Shown: piece after piece, positions 27,971 through 37,815 of the stretch
Layout: every line of letters begins with the position of its first letter
Numbering within the stretch: the first letter of the stretch is position 1
NCBI GenBank assembly: GCA_016650245.1
Contig: JAENWD010000062.1
Span: 1 to 44,995 of the forward strand
From: Vicinamibacteria bacterium
Lineage (GTDB): Bacteria; Acidobacteriota; Vicinamibacteria; Vicinamibacterales; JAENWD01
Reading direction: 5' to 3'
Length of the DNA: 44,995 nucleotides
The notes under the pieces: model-generated
What the model was told of the DNA's origin: nothing
The model's input: only the letters and a program-made list of their open reading frames with translations
Databases searched by the model: none
Translations under genes and position numbers: made by a program

Positions 27971-28582
27971 ATGACTACCGTATTGATTCGTCGAACCGTT
28001 TGCCTCGGCCTGCTGGCCACCGTCGTGGCTGGGGCCTCCGGCTGCAGCAGCACGGTGCGCGAGGGTCGTTCGCCGGCCTACCTGATCGTGCAGCGCATCG
28101 AGGCCGCGTCGGGCGCCGAAGACGACATCTTCTCCGATGAGCTGTCGTCCGACGTGCTGACCAACAACTCGGTCTTCGAGGACCTGGCGCGAGTCACGTT
28201 CCGACTGGGCCTGAAAGACATCGGACCGGCCGGCGTGCCGACCTCGCCAACCGCGAACAACTTCATCACGGTCAACCGATACACGGTGACATTCCGTCGC
28301 ACCGATGGCCGCAACGCGCCTGGTGTGGATGTGCCCTATCCCTTCGAGGGCGCTGGCACCGTCACCGTGTTGGCGACCGACTCGACGATGTCGTTCGTCA
28401 TCGTCCGGACGCAAGCCAAAGTCGAGTCGCCCTTGAGGGAACTGACCAACGGCGGGACCGTGCGCACCATCTCGACCATCGCCGACATCACGTTCTACGG
28501 CCGCGACCAGGCGGGCAACGACGTGTCGGTGTCCGGCGCGATCAGCGTGAACTTCTCGGATTGGGGCGATCCGGACGCGTAA
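27971..28582 (+). CDS. Hypothetical beta-rich lipoprotein
   Basis: Lipobox ASG|C; alternating beta-strand pattern; 20 nt after pilQ. Confidence 0.8.
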   Translation: MTTVLIRRTVCLGLLATVVAGASGCSSTVREGRSPAYLIVQRIEAASGAEDDIFSDELSSDVLTNNSVFEDLARVTFRLGLKDIGPAGVPTSPTANNFITVNRYTVTFRRTDGRNAPGVDVPYPFEGAGTVTVLATDSTMSFVIVRTQAKVESPLRELTNGGTVRTISTIADITFYGRDQAGNDVSVSGAISVNFSDWGDPDA

Positions 28583-28617
28583 AGACGCGGTGACGTAGAC
28601 ATCAGGCGGACATATCC

Positions 28618-29877
28618 ATGGCTTCCATCATTCGCTTCACCGCTGTCGCCGCACTCGCGCTGTTTGCAGGCGCGTGCACGACGAAGAAAACCGAACCGCC
28701 GGCCCCCTCGGGTCCCTCCGAGCTCGGCACGACGCTGGCCATCGCGGCTACGCCCGACCTGCTGCCGCAGGACGGGTCGAGTACGTCGCAGGTCGTGATT
28801 CGCGCCTTCGACCCCAATGGGCAGCCCGTGCGGAACCTGTCGCTGCGGGTCGAAATGGCCGTCGGCGGCATCATCACGGACTTTGGACGGTTGTCGGCCA
28901 AGGACATCTCGACGGGCAGCGATGGCCGCGCCGTCGTCGTCTATACCGCGCCGCAACCGGTGGACAACGTCGACCGCAACACGCGCGTGCAAATCATGGT
29001 CACGCCGGTCACCGGCAACTTCAACGGCGCCCAGGCGCGCTACGCCGAGATTCGCCTGGTGCCGACCGGTGTGGTCGGCGGCGAGACCAAGGTGCCCGAT
29101 TTCACCTTCAGGCCTACGGCGCCCAAGCAGCTCGAGACGGTGACGTTTGACGCCTCCGACCCGACGCTCGACCAGACGCTGACGAAGTACGAGTGGGACT
29201 TCGGCGACGGCAGCAAAGGCCAGGGCCGGGTGACGTCACACCAGTTCCGCGAGGTCGACAGCTACACGGTCACGCTGACCGTCACCGACATCGCGGGTCT
29301 CAAGGGCTCTCGCTCGAAGAGCGTGCCGGTGGGAACCTCGGGAGTCCCGGTGGCCAACTTCGTCTTCTCTCCGGCGGAGCCGGGCATCGGAGAAGAGATC
29401 GTGTTCAACGCGTCAGGCTCAACCACCGTGGCGCCGCGGGTCATCGTCAGCTATGACTGGCAGTTCGGCACCGACCGCACCGGGTCCGGCATGATCGTCC
29501 TCAAGAAGTATGACACCCCGGGGACCTATGTCGTCTCGCTCACCGTCACAGACGACGCTGGCAACAAGTCGACGACGACCCAGTCAGTCACCGTTGCCGC
29601 CAGCAGCCCGGGCGGGTTGACGGCTGCGTTCACCTTCTCGCCGACAGGACCCACGCCAGGGGTCGTCGTCAACTTCAACGCGACGACGTCCACCAGTGCT
29701 GATCCGATCGTCAACTACAAGTGGGACTTCGGAGACGGCGGCACCGCCAGCTCGGCGCTGCCGACTCGCACGCACGCTTACGCAGCCCCTGGGGCCTACA
29801 TCGTCACCTTGACGATCAAGGACTCGAAGGCCCGGACCGCGACGACGACCAAGACCGTCACGGTCGCGGCGCCCTAG
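28618..29877 (+). CDS. Lipoprotein with an Ig-like (Big_1-like) domain and three PKD domains
   Basis: Lipobox FAGA|C; ATPDLLPQDG..DPNGQPV; PKD cores YEWDFGDG, YDWQFG and YKWDFGDG, each followed by Y.V.LTV/I.D. Confidence 0.85.
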   Translation: MASIIRFTAVAALALFAGACTTKKTEPPAPSGPSELGTTLAIAATPDLLPQDGSSTSQVVIRAFDPNGQPVRNLSLRVEMAVGGIITDFGRLSAKDISTGSDGRAVVVYTAPQPVDNVDRNTRVQIMVTPVTGNFNGAQARYAEIRLVPTGVVGGETKVPDFTFRPTAPKQLETVTFDASDPTLDQTLTKYEWDFGDGSKGQGRVTSHQFREVDSYTVTLTVTDIAGLKGSRSKSVPVGTSGVPVANFVFSPAEPGIGEEIVFNASGSTTVAPRVIVSYDWQFGTDRTGSGMIVLKKYDTPGTYVVSLTVTDDAGNKSTTTQSVTVAASSPGGLTAAFTFSPTGPTPGVVVNFNATTSTSADPIVNYKWDFGDGGTASSALPTRTHAYAAPGAYIVTLTIKDSKARTATTTKTVTVAAP

Positions 29878-29899
29878 GCAGTCGGCTAGACTGTCCAGC

Positions 29900-30424
29900 G
29901 TGCCGGACAGCACTCGCATTCAGGAGTTACGGCGCCGGATCCAGCAGGATCCGGCGTCGCTTGCATTTGCCCCGCTCGCCGAGGAGCTCCGGCGCGCCGG
30001 CCGGCTTGGCGAGGCGGTCCAGACATGCCGGACCGGCCTCTCGCGACACCCGGAATACGCCACCGCCCGTGCGACGCTGGGTCGAGCACTGCTCGACCAG
30101 GGCGAGCTCGACGCGGCGCTCGCCGAGCTGAGGGCCGTGCTGGCCGCCGCGCCCGAGCATCTTGCCGCGATCAAAGGCATTGCCGAGGTCCATGCGCGAC
30201 GCGGCGAGGACGCCGATGCGCTCGCCACGTATCGCCGCGCGCAGCTGCTGGCGCGCGAGGACCGCGAGCTGGCGCGCGCGATTGCGGCGCTCGAACACAC
30301 GCTCGCGCCGACCGGGCTCGCCGCTGCGACCGCCAGCGAGAACGATGGCCAGACAGCCTTCGTGGTTCGGCGGCTGGAGCAGTTCCTCGACCGCATTCTC
30401 GCCGACCGTGCCCGCCGCCACTGA
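29900..30424 (+). CDS. Tetratricopeptide-repeat protein
   Basis: FAPLAEELRRAG..EA...C..GL..HP.Y..AR..LGRAL TPR pattern; TAGACT 7 nt before the GTG. Confidence 0.8.
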   Translation: MPDSTRIQELRRRIQQDPASLAFAPLAEELRRAGRLGEAVQTCRTGLSRHPEYATARATLGRALLDQGELDAALAELRAVLAAAPEHLAAIKGIAEVHARRGEDADALATYRRAQLLAREDRELARAIAALEHTLAPTGLAAATASENDGQTAFVVRRLEQFLDRILADRARRH

Positions 30425-31559
30425 CCGGCCGCCGCTGGCGGTACGGCACACTCGGGCCCGCGAGCTGATGGCCCGGGCCGGCGTCACGCGCCTGGCGGTC
30501 ACCTCGCCCCCCAACGTCACGTGGCTGACCGGCTTTGACGGCTCGACGGCCTGTGCCGTGGTCGAGCCCGACCGGGTCGTGCTGGTCACCGACCGGCGCT
30601 ACGCCGAGGCCGCGACGGCGTTGGCGGCAGACGGAGCGATGAGCCTGGTGCTGGTGGAGCAGACCTACGACGAGACGCTGGCCTCGCTCATTGCCGCCGG
30701 CGCGGCACCGGCGGGAATCGAGGCGGGCCATCTGACCGTGCAGCGGCAACGGTGGCTGGCCGCGGTCCTGGCCGCTGGCGGGCGTGGGCACGGGGCCCTG
30801 GTCCCGACGATGGATGTGATCGAGGCCGGGCGCCTGGTGAAGGACGCGTGGGAGATCGAGCGGTTGCGCGAGGCGGGGCGTCGCATTTCGGCGGTGGCCA
30901 TCGGCGCATTGGCCGACCTGGCCCCGGGTCAACGGGAGCAGGACGTGGCCCAGGCCCTGGAGGCCGGACTGCGCCGCGCCGGCTTCACCCGGCCGGCATT
31001 TGATACGATTGTGGCCTCCGGCCCGCGTGCGGCGTTGCCACATGGGCGTGCCTCGGACCGGACCATGGCCGCCGGCGACCTGGTGGTGCTGGACTTTGGC
31101 GGGGTCTACGGCGGATACTGCGTCGACTTGACGCGCACGGTCGTGCTTGGGGCGCCCACGGCGGAAGCCGCCCGCGTTCATGGCGCAGTTGCCGAGGCGC
31201 AGCAGGCAGCCATCGCCGCATTGGCGCCCGGCGTGGCGGTGTCCGAGGTCGATCAGGCCGCACGCGCGGTGCTGGCCAGGCATGGTCTGGCCGACCGATT
31301 CGTGCACGGCACCGGCCATGGTCTGGGTCTGGAAGTTCATGAAGCCCCGAGAGTGGGGCCGGCGCGGCCGGCGCCCCACGCGCCGCTGCCCGGTACGGTC
31401 GTCCTACCCGACGTGCTGGCGGCCGGGATGGTGGTGACAATCGAACCTGGCGCCTACATCCCCGGTTGGGGGGGCGTCCGCATCGAAGACGACCTGCTCG
31501 TGACGGCCACCGGCGCCGAATGGCTGACCCGGGTGCCCGTCATGCTGTCGGTCCACTGA
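30408..31559 (+). CDS. Xaa-Pro peptidase (M24B / aminopeptidase P family)
   Basis: WLTGFDGS, TDRRY, LDFG..CVDLTRT, HGTGHGLGLEVHE, TIEPG, RIEDD. Start uncertain (GTG 30408 or ATG 30468). Confidence 0.88.
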   Translation: MPAATDRPPLAVRHTRARELMARAGVTRLAVTSPPNVTWLTGFDGSTACAVVEPDRVVLVTDRRYAEAATALAADGAMSLVLVEQTYDETLASLIAAGAAPAGIEAGHLTVQRQRWLAAVLAAGGRGHGALVPTMDVIEAGRLVKDAWEIERLREAGRRISAVAIGALADLAPGQREQDVAQALEAGLRRAGFTRPAFDTIVASGPRAALPHGRASDRTMAAGDLVVLDFGGVYGGYCVDLTRTVVLGAPTAEAARVHGAVAEAQQAAIAALAPGVAVSEVDQAARAVLARHGLADRFVHGTGHGLGLEVHEAPRVGPARPAPHAPLPGTVVLPDVLAAGMVVTIEPGAYIPGWGGVRIEDDLLVTATGAEWLTRVPVMLSVH

Positions 31560-31593
31560 CGCCCCAGGGCCCGAGCCCGAGCCAACGAGGACG

Positions 31594-32058
31594 ATGGACT
31601 TCGAGGAGATCAAGCAGATTCTCGCCCTGGTCAAGGAGCACGAGCTCGCGGAGTTCGAGCTGGCGCATCAGGACTTCAAGATCCGCATCCGGAAGGACAC
31701 CGGCGTGCATGCGCTGGCGGCCGCGCCGGTGCCGGTCGCACCGCTGGTGGCCGCGCCCGCTCCGCAGGCTGCCGTGGCGCCAGGGCCTGTGGCTCCGGCC
31801 GTCGAGGATGGCGACGAGCTGGCGGTCGTGAAATCGCCGATTGTCGGGACCTTCTATCACGCCGCCGAGCCCGGCGCGCCGCCGTTTGTGTCGGTGGGCG
31901 AGGCGGTGCGAAAGGGCCAGGTGCTGTGCCTGATCGAAGCCATGAAGCTGATGAACGAGATCGAGTCGGAGTACGACGGCGAGATCGTCAAGGCTTACGT
32001 GGAGAACGGCAAGCCGGTGCAGTTCGGCGAACGCCTCTTCGCGATCAAGGCGACGTAG
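31594..32058 (+). CDS. accB: Acetyl-CoA carboxylase biotin carboxyl carrier protein
   Basis: KSPIVGTFY, EAMKLMNEI biotinylation site. Confidence 0.96.
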   Translation: MDFEEIKQILALVKEHELAEFELAHQDFKIRIRKDTGVHALAAAPVPVAPLVAAPAPQAAVAPGPVAPAVEDGDELAVVKSPIVGTFYHAAEPGAPPFVSVGEAVRKGQVLCLIEAMKLMNEIESEYDGEIVKAYVENGKPVQFGERLFAIKAT

Positions 32059-32061
32059 CGG

Positions 32062-33438
32062 ATGTTCAAGAAGATCCTCATCGCAAATCGCGGCGAGATC
32101 GCCCTGCGCGTCATCCATGCCTGCCGTGAGCTGGGCATCAAGACCGTGGCGGTGTATTCAGAAGCCGACGAGCACGCGTTGCACGTCCGGTTTGCCGACG
32201 AAGACATCTGCATTGGACCGGCACGTAGCGCCGACAGCTACCTGAGCGTCCCCGCCATCATCAGCGCCGCCGAGATCACCGGCGCCGATGCCATCCACCC
32301 CGGCTACGGGTTCCTCTCGGAAAGCGCGTATCTGGCCGAGGTGTGCGAGGCGTGCCACATCCGCTTCATCGGGCCCGACCCACACGTCATCCGGCTGATG
32401 GGAGACAAGGCACGGGCGCGGCGGGCGATGAAGAAGGCCGGCGTGCCCATCCTGCCCGGATCGGACGGCCCAGTCGAGGGCGACGAGCAGGCGCAGAAAA
32501 TCGCCAGAGAGATCGGCTACCCGGTCATCATCAAGGCAACCGCCGGCGGCGGCGGTCGAGGCATGCGGGTTGTCGAGAATCCGGGCGAGTTGGCGCAGGC
32601 GCTGAAGCTGGCGCAGCGGGAAGCCGAGGCGGCCTTCGGCATCGGCGACGTCTACATCGAGAAATATGTCATCTCGCCTCGCCACATCGAGTTCCAGGTG
32701 CTGGGCGATCACTATGGCAGCGTCGTCTCGCTGGGCGAGCGCGAGTGCTCGATCCAGCGCCGGCACCAGAAATTGCTCGAAGAGTCGCCCTCGGTCGCGC
32801 TCACCGAGAAGATTCGCCGCAAGATGGGCGGGGTGGTCGTGGACGCCGCCAAAGCGGTTCAGTACGCCAACGCCGGCACCTTCGAGTTCCTGTTGGACAA
32901 GGACGGCCGGTTCTATTTCATGGAGGTCAACACGCGCCTCCAGGTCGAGCACCCGGTCACCGAGATGGTCACCGGCATCGACATCGTGAAGGAGCAGATC
33001 CGGGTGGCGGCGGGCGAGCGGCTGTCGTTCAAGCAATCCGAGGTCACCTTCACAGGGCACGCGATCGAGTGCCGCATCAACGCGGAGGACCCCGAGCGGT
33101 TCACGCCGTCGCCGGGCACCATCGACGTCTTCTCGCTGCCGGGTGGTCCGGGCGTGCGCATCGACACGGCCGCGCACACCGACTGTGTGATTCCCCCGTA
33201 CTACGACTCGATGATCGCCAAGGTGATCGCGCACGGGCGCGACCGCAGCGAGGCCATCGCGCGCATGCGGCGCGCGCTCGAGATGACCGTCATCGGGGGG
33301 ATCAAGACCACGATTCCCCTGCACCTCAAGATCCTCAACGACCCGGACTTCCAGGCCGGGCGCCTCAGCACCTCGTTCATGGACCGCTATCAGGCCGCCA
33401 GGCCGGACGGAAACACGCAACTTCGAGAGGCCGTTTGA
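32062..33438 (+). CDS. accC: Biotin carboxylase
   Basis: [56 protein letters not shown]. Confidence 0.97.
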   Translation: MFKKILIANRGEIALRVIHACRELGIKTVAVYSEADEHALHVRFADEDICIGPARSADSYLSVPAIISAAEITGADAIHPGYGFLSESAYLAEVCEACHIRFIGPDPHVIRLMGDKARARRAMKKAGVPILPGSDGPVEGDEQAQKIAREIGYPVIIKATAGGGGRGMRVVENPGELAQALKLAQREAEAAFGIGDVYIEKYVISPRHIEFQVLGDHYGSVVSLGERECSIQRRHQKLLEESPSVALTEKIRRKMGGVVVDAAKAVQYANAGTFEFLLDKDGRFYFMEVNTRLQVEHPVTEMVTGIDIVKEQIRVAAGERLSFKQSEVTFTGHAIECRINAEDPERFTPSPGTIDVFSLPGGPGVRIDTAAHTDCVIPPYYDSMIAKVIAHGRDRSEAIARMRRALEMTVIGGIKTTIPLHLKILNDPDFQAGRLSTSFMDRYQAARPDGNTQLREAV

Positions 33439-34082
33439 GTCTTCCCGGGCTGTACGCCGTGGTGGACGCGGAGGTCGCCTTCGCGCACGGCTGGGCGCTG
33501 GTGGACCTGGCCCAGGCCGTGCTCGCCGGCGGCGCGACGCTGGTGCAGGTCCGTGGCAAGGCGCTGTCGTCGGTCGAGTTGCTCGAGGCGTCACGGCAGG
33601 TCGTGGCCATGGCCGTGCCGTACCGGGCAGCGGTCGTCGTCAACGACCGGGCCGATCTGGCCGTGTTGTCCGGTGCCGCCGGCGTGCACGTCGGGCAAGA
33701 CGACCTGTCGCCCGCCGATGCGCGCGCGATCGTGGGACCTGACCGGCTGGTGGGCGTCTCCACGCATTCGGCCGATCAGATCGCCGTGGCCGCCGGGGAG
33801 CCGGTGGACTACATCGCCGTCGGGCCCGTCTTCGGCACCACGACCAAGCACACCGGATATGACGCTGTGAGTCTCGACTTGGTGCGCCAGGCGGCGGCCA
33901 CCGGCAAAGACGTGGTCGCCATCGGCGGGGTGACGCTGGACCGGGTACCGCAGGTGTTCGCTGCCGGTGCGACCAGCGTGGCGGTCATCGCGGATTTGTT
34001 GGCGGGAGGTGATCCGACCGCACGCACACGCGCCTTCATGGCCGTCGCGGCGGCCGCCAGACCCGCGAAGGCCGCGCTATAA
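33435..34082 (+). CDS. thiE: Thiamine-phosphate synthase
   Basis: TTG 33435 overlaps the accC stop; [42 protein letters not shown]. Confidence 0.9.
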   Translation: MSLPGLYAVVDAEVAFAHGWALVDLAQAVLAGGATLVQVRGKALSSVELLEASRQVVAMAVPYRAAVVVNDRADLAVLSGAAGVHVGQDDLSPADARAIVGPDRLVGVSTHSADQIAVAAGEPVDYIAVGPVFGTTTKHTGYDAVSLDLVRQAAATGKDVVAIGGVTLDRVPQVFAAGATSVAVIADLLAGGDPTARTRAFMAVAAAARPAKAAL

Positions 34083-34132
34083 TGCCGCGGTTTTTGCGTT
34101 AGCACGGCTGCCGCACGGCGGCTGGAGGGCGA

Positions 34133-35812
34133 ATGGACTCAAATCTGCTGAAGACCAAGTCGATCGAGCAGCTGGTCAGCGACGTCGAGCACGGCGGCAA
34201 AGCGCTCAAGCGGACGCTCACGGCCTTCGACCTCACCCTGCTGGGCATTGGCGCGATCATCGGCACGGGCATTTTCGTGCTCACCGGGACCGCGGCGGCC
34301 AACCAGGCCGGTCCGGGCATCGTGCTCTCGTACCTGGCCGCGGGCCTGGCCTGTGCGTTTGCGGCGTTGTGCTATGCCGAGTTCGCCTCGATGATCCCCA
34401 TCGCGGGCAGCGCGTACACCTACGCCTACGCCACGCTCGGAGAGATCGTCGCGTGGATGATCGGATGGGACCTCATCCTCGAGTACGCGGTCGGGTCGAT
34501 GACCGTGGCTGTCGGCTGGAGCGGGTACTTCCAGCGCATTCTCCTGGGCTTCGGCCTGCACTTGCCGTTGTGGATGACGGCCTCGCCCTGGGCGACCGAC
34601 GGCGCGGTGATCAACCTGCCGGCTGCCATCATCGTGCTGTGCATCACCGGGTTGCTCGTGGTGGGCGTGCGGGAGAGCGCTCGCTTCAACGCCGCGATGG
34701 TCGCCATCAAGCTGGTGGCGGTGGTGTTCTTCATCGCCGCCGGCGCCACGTTCGTCAAGCCGGAAAACTGGTCGCCGTTCATGCCGTATGGCTTTTCGGG
34801 CGTGATGGCCGCGGCGGCCGTCGTCTTTTTCGCCTACATCGGGTTTGACGCCGTCTCCACAACCGCCGAAGAGGCCAAGAACCCGCAGAGGGATCTGCCC
34901 ATCGGCATCATCGCCTCGCTCGTGGTGTGCACGGTGCTGTATCTGGCCGTGGCGGCCGTGCTCACGGGCATCCTGCCGGTGGTCGAGTACAAGGCCAACG
35001 CGCAGTTCCTGAACGCGCCTGTGGGCTTTGCGCTGGCGGTGATCGACCAGGATTGGGCGGCCGGGCTGGTCTCGGCCGGCGCGGTGGCCGGCATCACCAG
35101 CGTGCTGCTGGTCATGCTGATGAGCCAGCCGCGCATCTTCTTTGCGATGAGCCGCGACCGCCTGCTGCCGCCAGGCGCCAGCAAGGTGCACCCGCGCTTC
35201 AAGACGCCGTACGTCACCACCATCATCACGGGCGTGGTGGTCGCGGTCTGCGCCGCGTTGGTGCCGATCCAGATTCTGGGCGAGATGACGAGCATCGGGA
35301 CGCTGTTCGCCTTCATGATCGTGTGCGCCGCCGTGATGATGCTGCGCGTGCAGCGTCCCGAGGCCAAGCGTCCCTTCAAGGTGCCGGGCGGCTTCGTGAT
35401 TCCCGCGCTGGGTATCGTGTCGTGCCTCTACCTGATGCTGAACCTGCCGGTGGCCACCTGGGTGCGTTTCCTGGGATGGCTGAACATCGGCATGTTGATC
35501 TACTGGGTGTACGGGCGCGTCCACAGCCCGCTGAGGGATGCCGCCGAAGCCTCCGCCAGGACGCCACTCGAGAACGTCGGCAACTTCGTGACCGTGGCCG
35601 GGGCGCTGCTGCTGTTCAACGGCGGCTTCATGACCATTCTGGGCTTCATGACGGTGCTGGGAGTGACGACGGAAGAACTGGCCAAGTGGCACGAGATCGG
35701 GGTCACCGCGGAGCAGTCCGATCAATTGGGCTTGCTCGTGCTGGGCGCCGGCCTGGTAGTCTTCGTGATCGGGCGCCTGCTGGCCAAGTCGGGCAAGGCC
35801 GCCGCGGCCTGA
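34133..35812 (+). CDS. APC-family amino acid permease (CAT/ApcT-like) with C-terminal TM extension
   Basis: GIGAIIGTGIF, CYAEFAS, AGSAYTY, FFAYIGFD, SIGTL; TATAAT at 34078-34083 and GGAGGG RBS. Confidence 0.92.
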   Translation: MDSNLLKTKSIEQLVSDVEHGGKALKRTLTAFDLTLLGIGAIIGTGIFVLTGTAAANQAGPGIVLSYLAAGLACAFAALCYAEFASMIPIAGSAYTYAYATLGEIVAWMIGWDLILEYAVGSMTVAVGWSGYFQRILLGFGLHLPLWMTASPWATDGAVINLPAAIIVLCITGLLVVGVRESARFNAAMVAIKLVAVVFFIAAGATFVKPENWSPFMPYGFSGVMAAAAVVFFAYIGFDAVSTTAEEAKNPQRDLPIGIIASLVVCTVLYLAVAAVLTGILPVVEYKANAQFLNAPVGFALAVIDQDWAAGLVSAGAVAGITSVLLVMLMSQPRIFFAMSRDRLLPPGASKVHPRFKTPYVTTIITGVVVAVCAALVPIQILGEMTSIGTLFAFMIVCAAVMMLRVQRPEAKRPFKVPGGFVIPALGIVSCLYLMLNLPVATWVRFLGWLNIGMLIYWVYGRVHSPLRDAAEASARTPLENVGNFVTVAGALLLFNGGFMTILGFMTVLGVTTEELAKWHEIGVTAEQSDQLGLLVLGAGLVVFVIGRLLAKSGKAAAA

Positions 35813-35830
35813 TCCTGTAGAGGGGACTTC

Positions 35831-36877
35831 ATGCAGGAGCGGCCGCCCCGGCACTCGCGCGCCGGCCGCGCGTTCACCGGGATCGGCCTGGCGGTCACGC
35901 TGCTGGCGCTGGTGTTTACTGGCGGCACGGCCGGCTACATGCTGGTCGAGGGCTGGTCGGTGTGGGACGCGTTCTACATGACGGTGATCACCGTGACCAC
36001 CGTCGGCTATCGGGAGATCCACCCGATGTCCCGGGCCGGTGAGGTGTTCACGGCGGCGCTCGTGATCGTGGGGGTCGGCACGGCGCTCTACACCTTCACC
36101 CAGGCGCTGACCATTGTCGTTGAGGGCGGCTGGCGGGCGCGCATGGCCGCGCGTCGGATACTCCGGATGATCGACGAGCTCGACCACCACTTCATCGTCT
36201 GCGGCTTCGGCCGCATCGGCCGCGTGATCGCCGAGGAGTTCCGGCAACAGGGCATTTCGTTTGTCGTGCTGGACCGCGACCCGGACCTGGTACGGCGCGT
36301 CACCGACGCGGGGATGCTTGGCGTCGAGGGCGACGCGAGCCGGCAGGACGTCCTCGAGCGCGTCCACATCACCCGGGCGCGCGGTCTGGTCGCAGCCGTT
36401 GGCACCGATGCCGAAAACGTCTACGCTATTTTGACCGCGCGCGAACTGGCGCCGCATCTGTTCATCGTCGGCCGGGCAGAGAGTGAAGATTCCCAGCGCA
36501 AGCTGCTGCGCGCGGGCGCGGACCGCGTCATCTCGCCCTACCAGATAGGCGGTAAGCAGATGGCGCAGACGGCGCTGCGGCCGGCCGTGGTGGACTTCGT
36601 GAAGCTGGCGACGGCAGCCGGCAGCCTGGAACTGGCGATGGAACAGGTCAAGGTCAGCGGCGGGTCGTCCCTGGCGGGGCGTTCGATCATCGAAGCCAAC
36701 CTGCGCCAGCGCTTCAGCGTGATCGTCGTGGGCATCCAGCGCAGCGGCGGCCGGATCGAGTTCAACCCACCGCCGGATGCTGTGATGCAGGCCGGCGACG
36801 ACATCGTGGTGCTGGGACGGCCGTCGAGCCTCAAGGGCTTGGAACAGGCCGCAGGCGCGGAGGCGCCCCCCTCGTGA
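35831..36877 (+). CDS. 2-TM potassium channel protein with TrkA-N/TrkA-C (RCK) domains
   Basis: TM-pore-TM with filter TTVGYR, CGFGRIG Rossmann motif, GAD.VISP, RCK-C domain. Confidence 0.88.
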   Translation: MQERPPRHSRAGRAFTGIGLAVTLLALVFTGGTAGYMLVEGWSVWDAFYMTVITVTTVGYREIHPMSRAGEVFTAALVIVGVGTALYTFTQALTIVVEGGWRARMAARRILRMIDELDHHFIVCGFGRIGRVIAEEFRQQGISFVVLDRDPDLVRRVTDAGMLGVEGDASRQDVLERVHITRARGLVAAVGTDAENVYAILTARELAPHLFIVGRAESEDSQRKLLRAGADRVISPYQIGGKQMAQTALRPAVVDFVKLATAAGSLELAMEQVKVSGGSSLAGRSIIEANLRQRFSVIVVGIQRSGGRIEFNPPPDAVMQAGDDIVVLGRPSSLKGLEQAAGAEAPPS

Positions 36878-37815
36878 GCGCGCGACTGTTGGATGGCGCG
36901 AGGGTCGCCGCCTCGATTCGTGAGCAACTGCGGCCCCGCGCGGAAGTGTTTGCGGCCCGCGCCGGCCGGCCCCCCGGGCTCGGCATCGTGCTGGTTGGCA
37001 CGCATGCGGCCTCCGAGATCTACGTCAGGAACAAGCTGAAGGCCGCGTCCGACGTCGGGTGTCGCGCCGAGTTGTTCCGCCTTCCTGAGCGCGCGACACT
37101 GGCCGACGTGCTCGACACCGTGCGGAGGCTCAACATCGATGAGGCGTTCGACGGCATTCTCGTGCAGGACCCGCTGCCGTCGGCGATGGGAAGCGGGGCG
37201 TCTCAGGCCGTCTTCGATGTGATCGACCCCGCCAAGGACGTCGACGGCTTCACGCCGATCAATGCGGGTCTTCTGTCTCAGGGGCGGTCAGTGCTGGCGC
37301 CCTGCACGCCCTCGGGCGTGATCGCGCTGCTGCAGCGCGAGGGCATCGCGATGAGCGGGAGCCACGCCGTGGTCATCGGCCGCAGTGACATCGTCGGCAA
37401 GCCCATGGCGATGCTTCTGTTACACCAGCACGCCACCGTCACCATCTGCCACTCGCGAACTCGAGACCTGCCGGCGCTGACGCGGCAGGCCGATATCCTT
37501 GTCGCCGCCGTCGGGCGGACCGCATTTGTTCGGCCCGAGCACGTCAAGCCAGGCGCGACGGTCGTCGATGTCGGGATCAACCGCGTCACCGACAGCGGGG
37601 AAGTGGCGGCGCTGTTTCCTGAGGGGTCGCCGCGCCTGGCAGACTTTGCCCGCCGCGGGTCGGTGGTCGTCGGCGACGTGCATCCGGCCGTCGCCGAGGT
37701 CGCCGGGGCGCTCACGCCCGTCCCCGGCGGCGTCGGTCCGCTCACCATCGCGCTCCTGCTGCAGAACACCGTGACGGCCGCCGAGGCGAGGGCCGGATGG
37801 TCCGCGTCGCGCTGA
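36874..37815 (+). CDS. folD: Methylenetetrahydrofolate dehydrogenase/cyclohydrolase
   Basis: YVRNK, KDVDG, PCTPSG, GRSDIVGKP, DVGIN, TPVPGGVGP. Confidence 0.95.
   Translation: MSARLLDGARVAASIREQLRPRAEVFAARAGRPPGLGIVLVGTHAASEIYVRNKLKAASDVGCRAELFRLPERATLADVLDTVRRLNIDEAFDGILVQDPLPSAMGSGASQAVFDVIDPAKDVDGFTPINAGLLSQGRSVLAPCTPSGVIALLQREGIAMSGSHAVVIGRSDIVGKPMAMLLLHQHATVTICHSRTRDLPALTRQADILVAAVGRTAFVRPEHVKPGATVVDVGINRVTDSGEVAALFPEGSPRLADFARRGSVVVGDVHPAVAEVAGALTPVPGGVGPLTIALLLQNTVTAAEARAGWSASR

Noticed and set aside
29190-29740. Recurring TGGGACTTCGG-like sequences as a possible CRISPR or repeat array
   Set aside because: They encode the WDFGDG cores of PKD domains; there are no regular spacers or cas genes.
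29900-30424. TPR protein as the PilQ pilotin (PilF/Tgl)
   Set aside because: No signal peptide or lipobox, and it has its own -10 box.
32343-33434. Apparent long N-terminal fusion on thiE (579-aa ORF); likewise extensions on pxpC, murB, pyrG and kdsD
   Set aside because: The extensions are alternate frames of the upstream genes; true starts overlap or closely follow the upstream stops.
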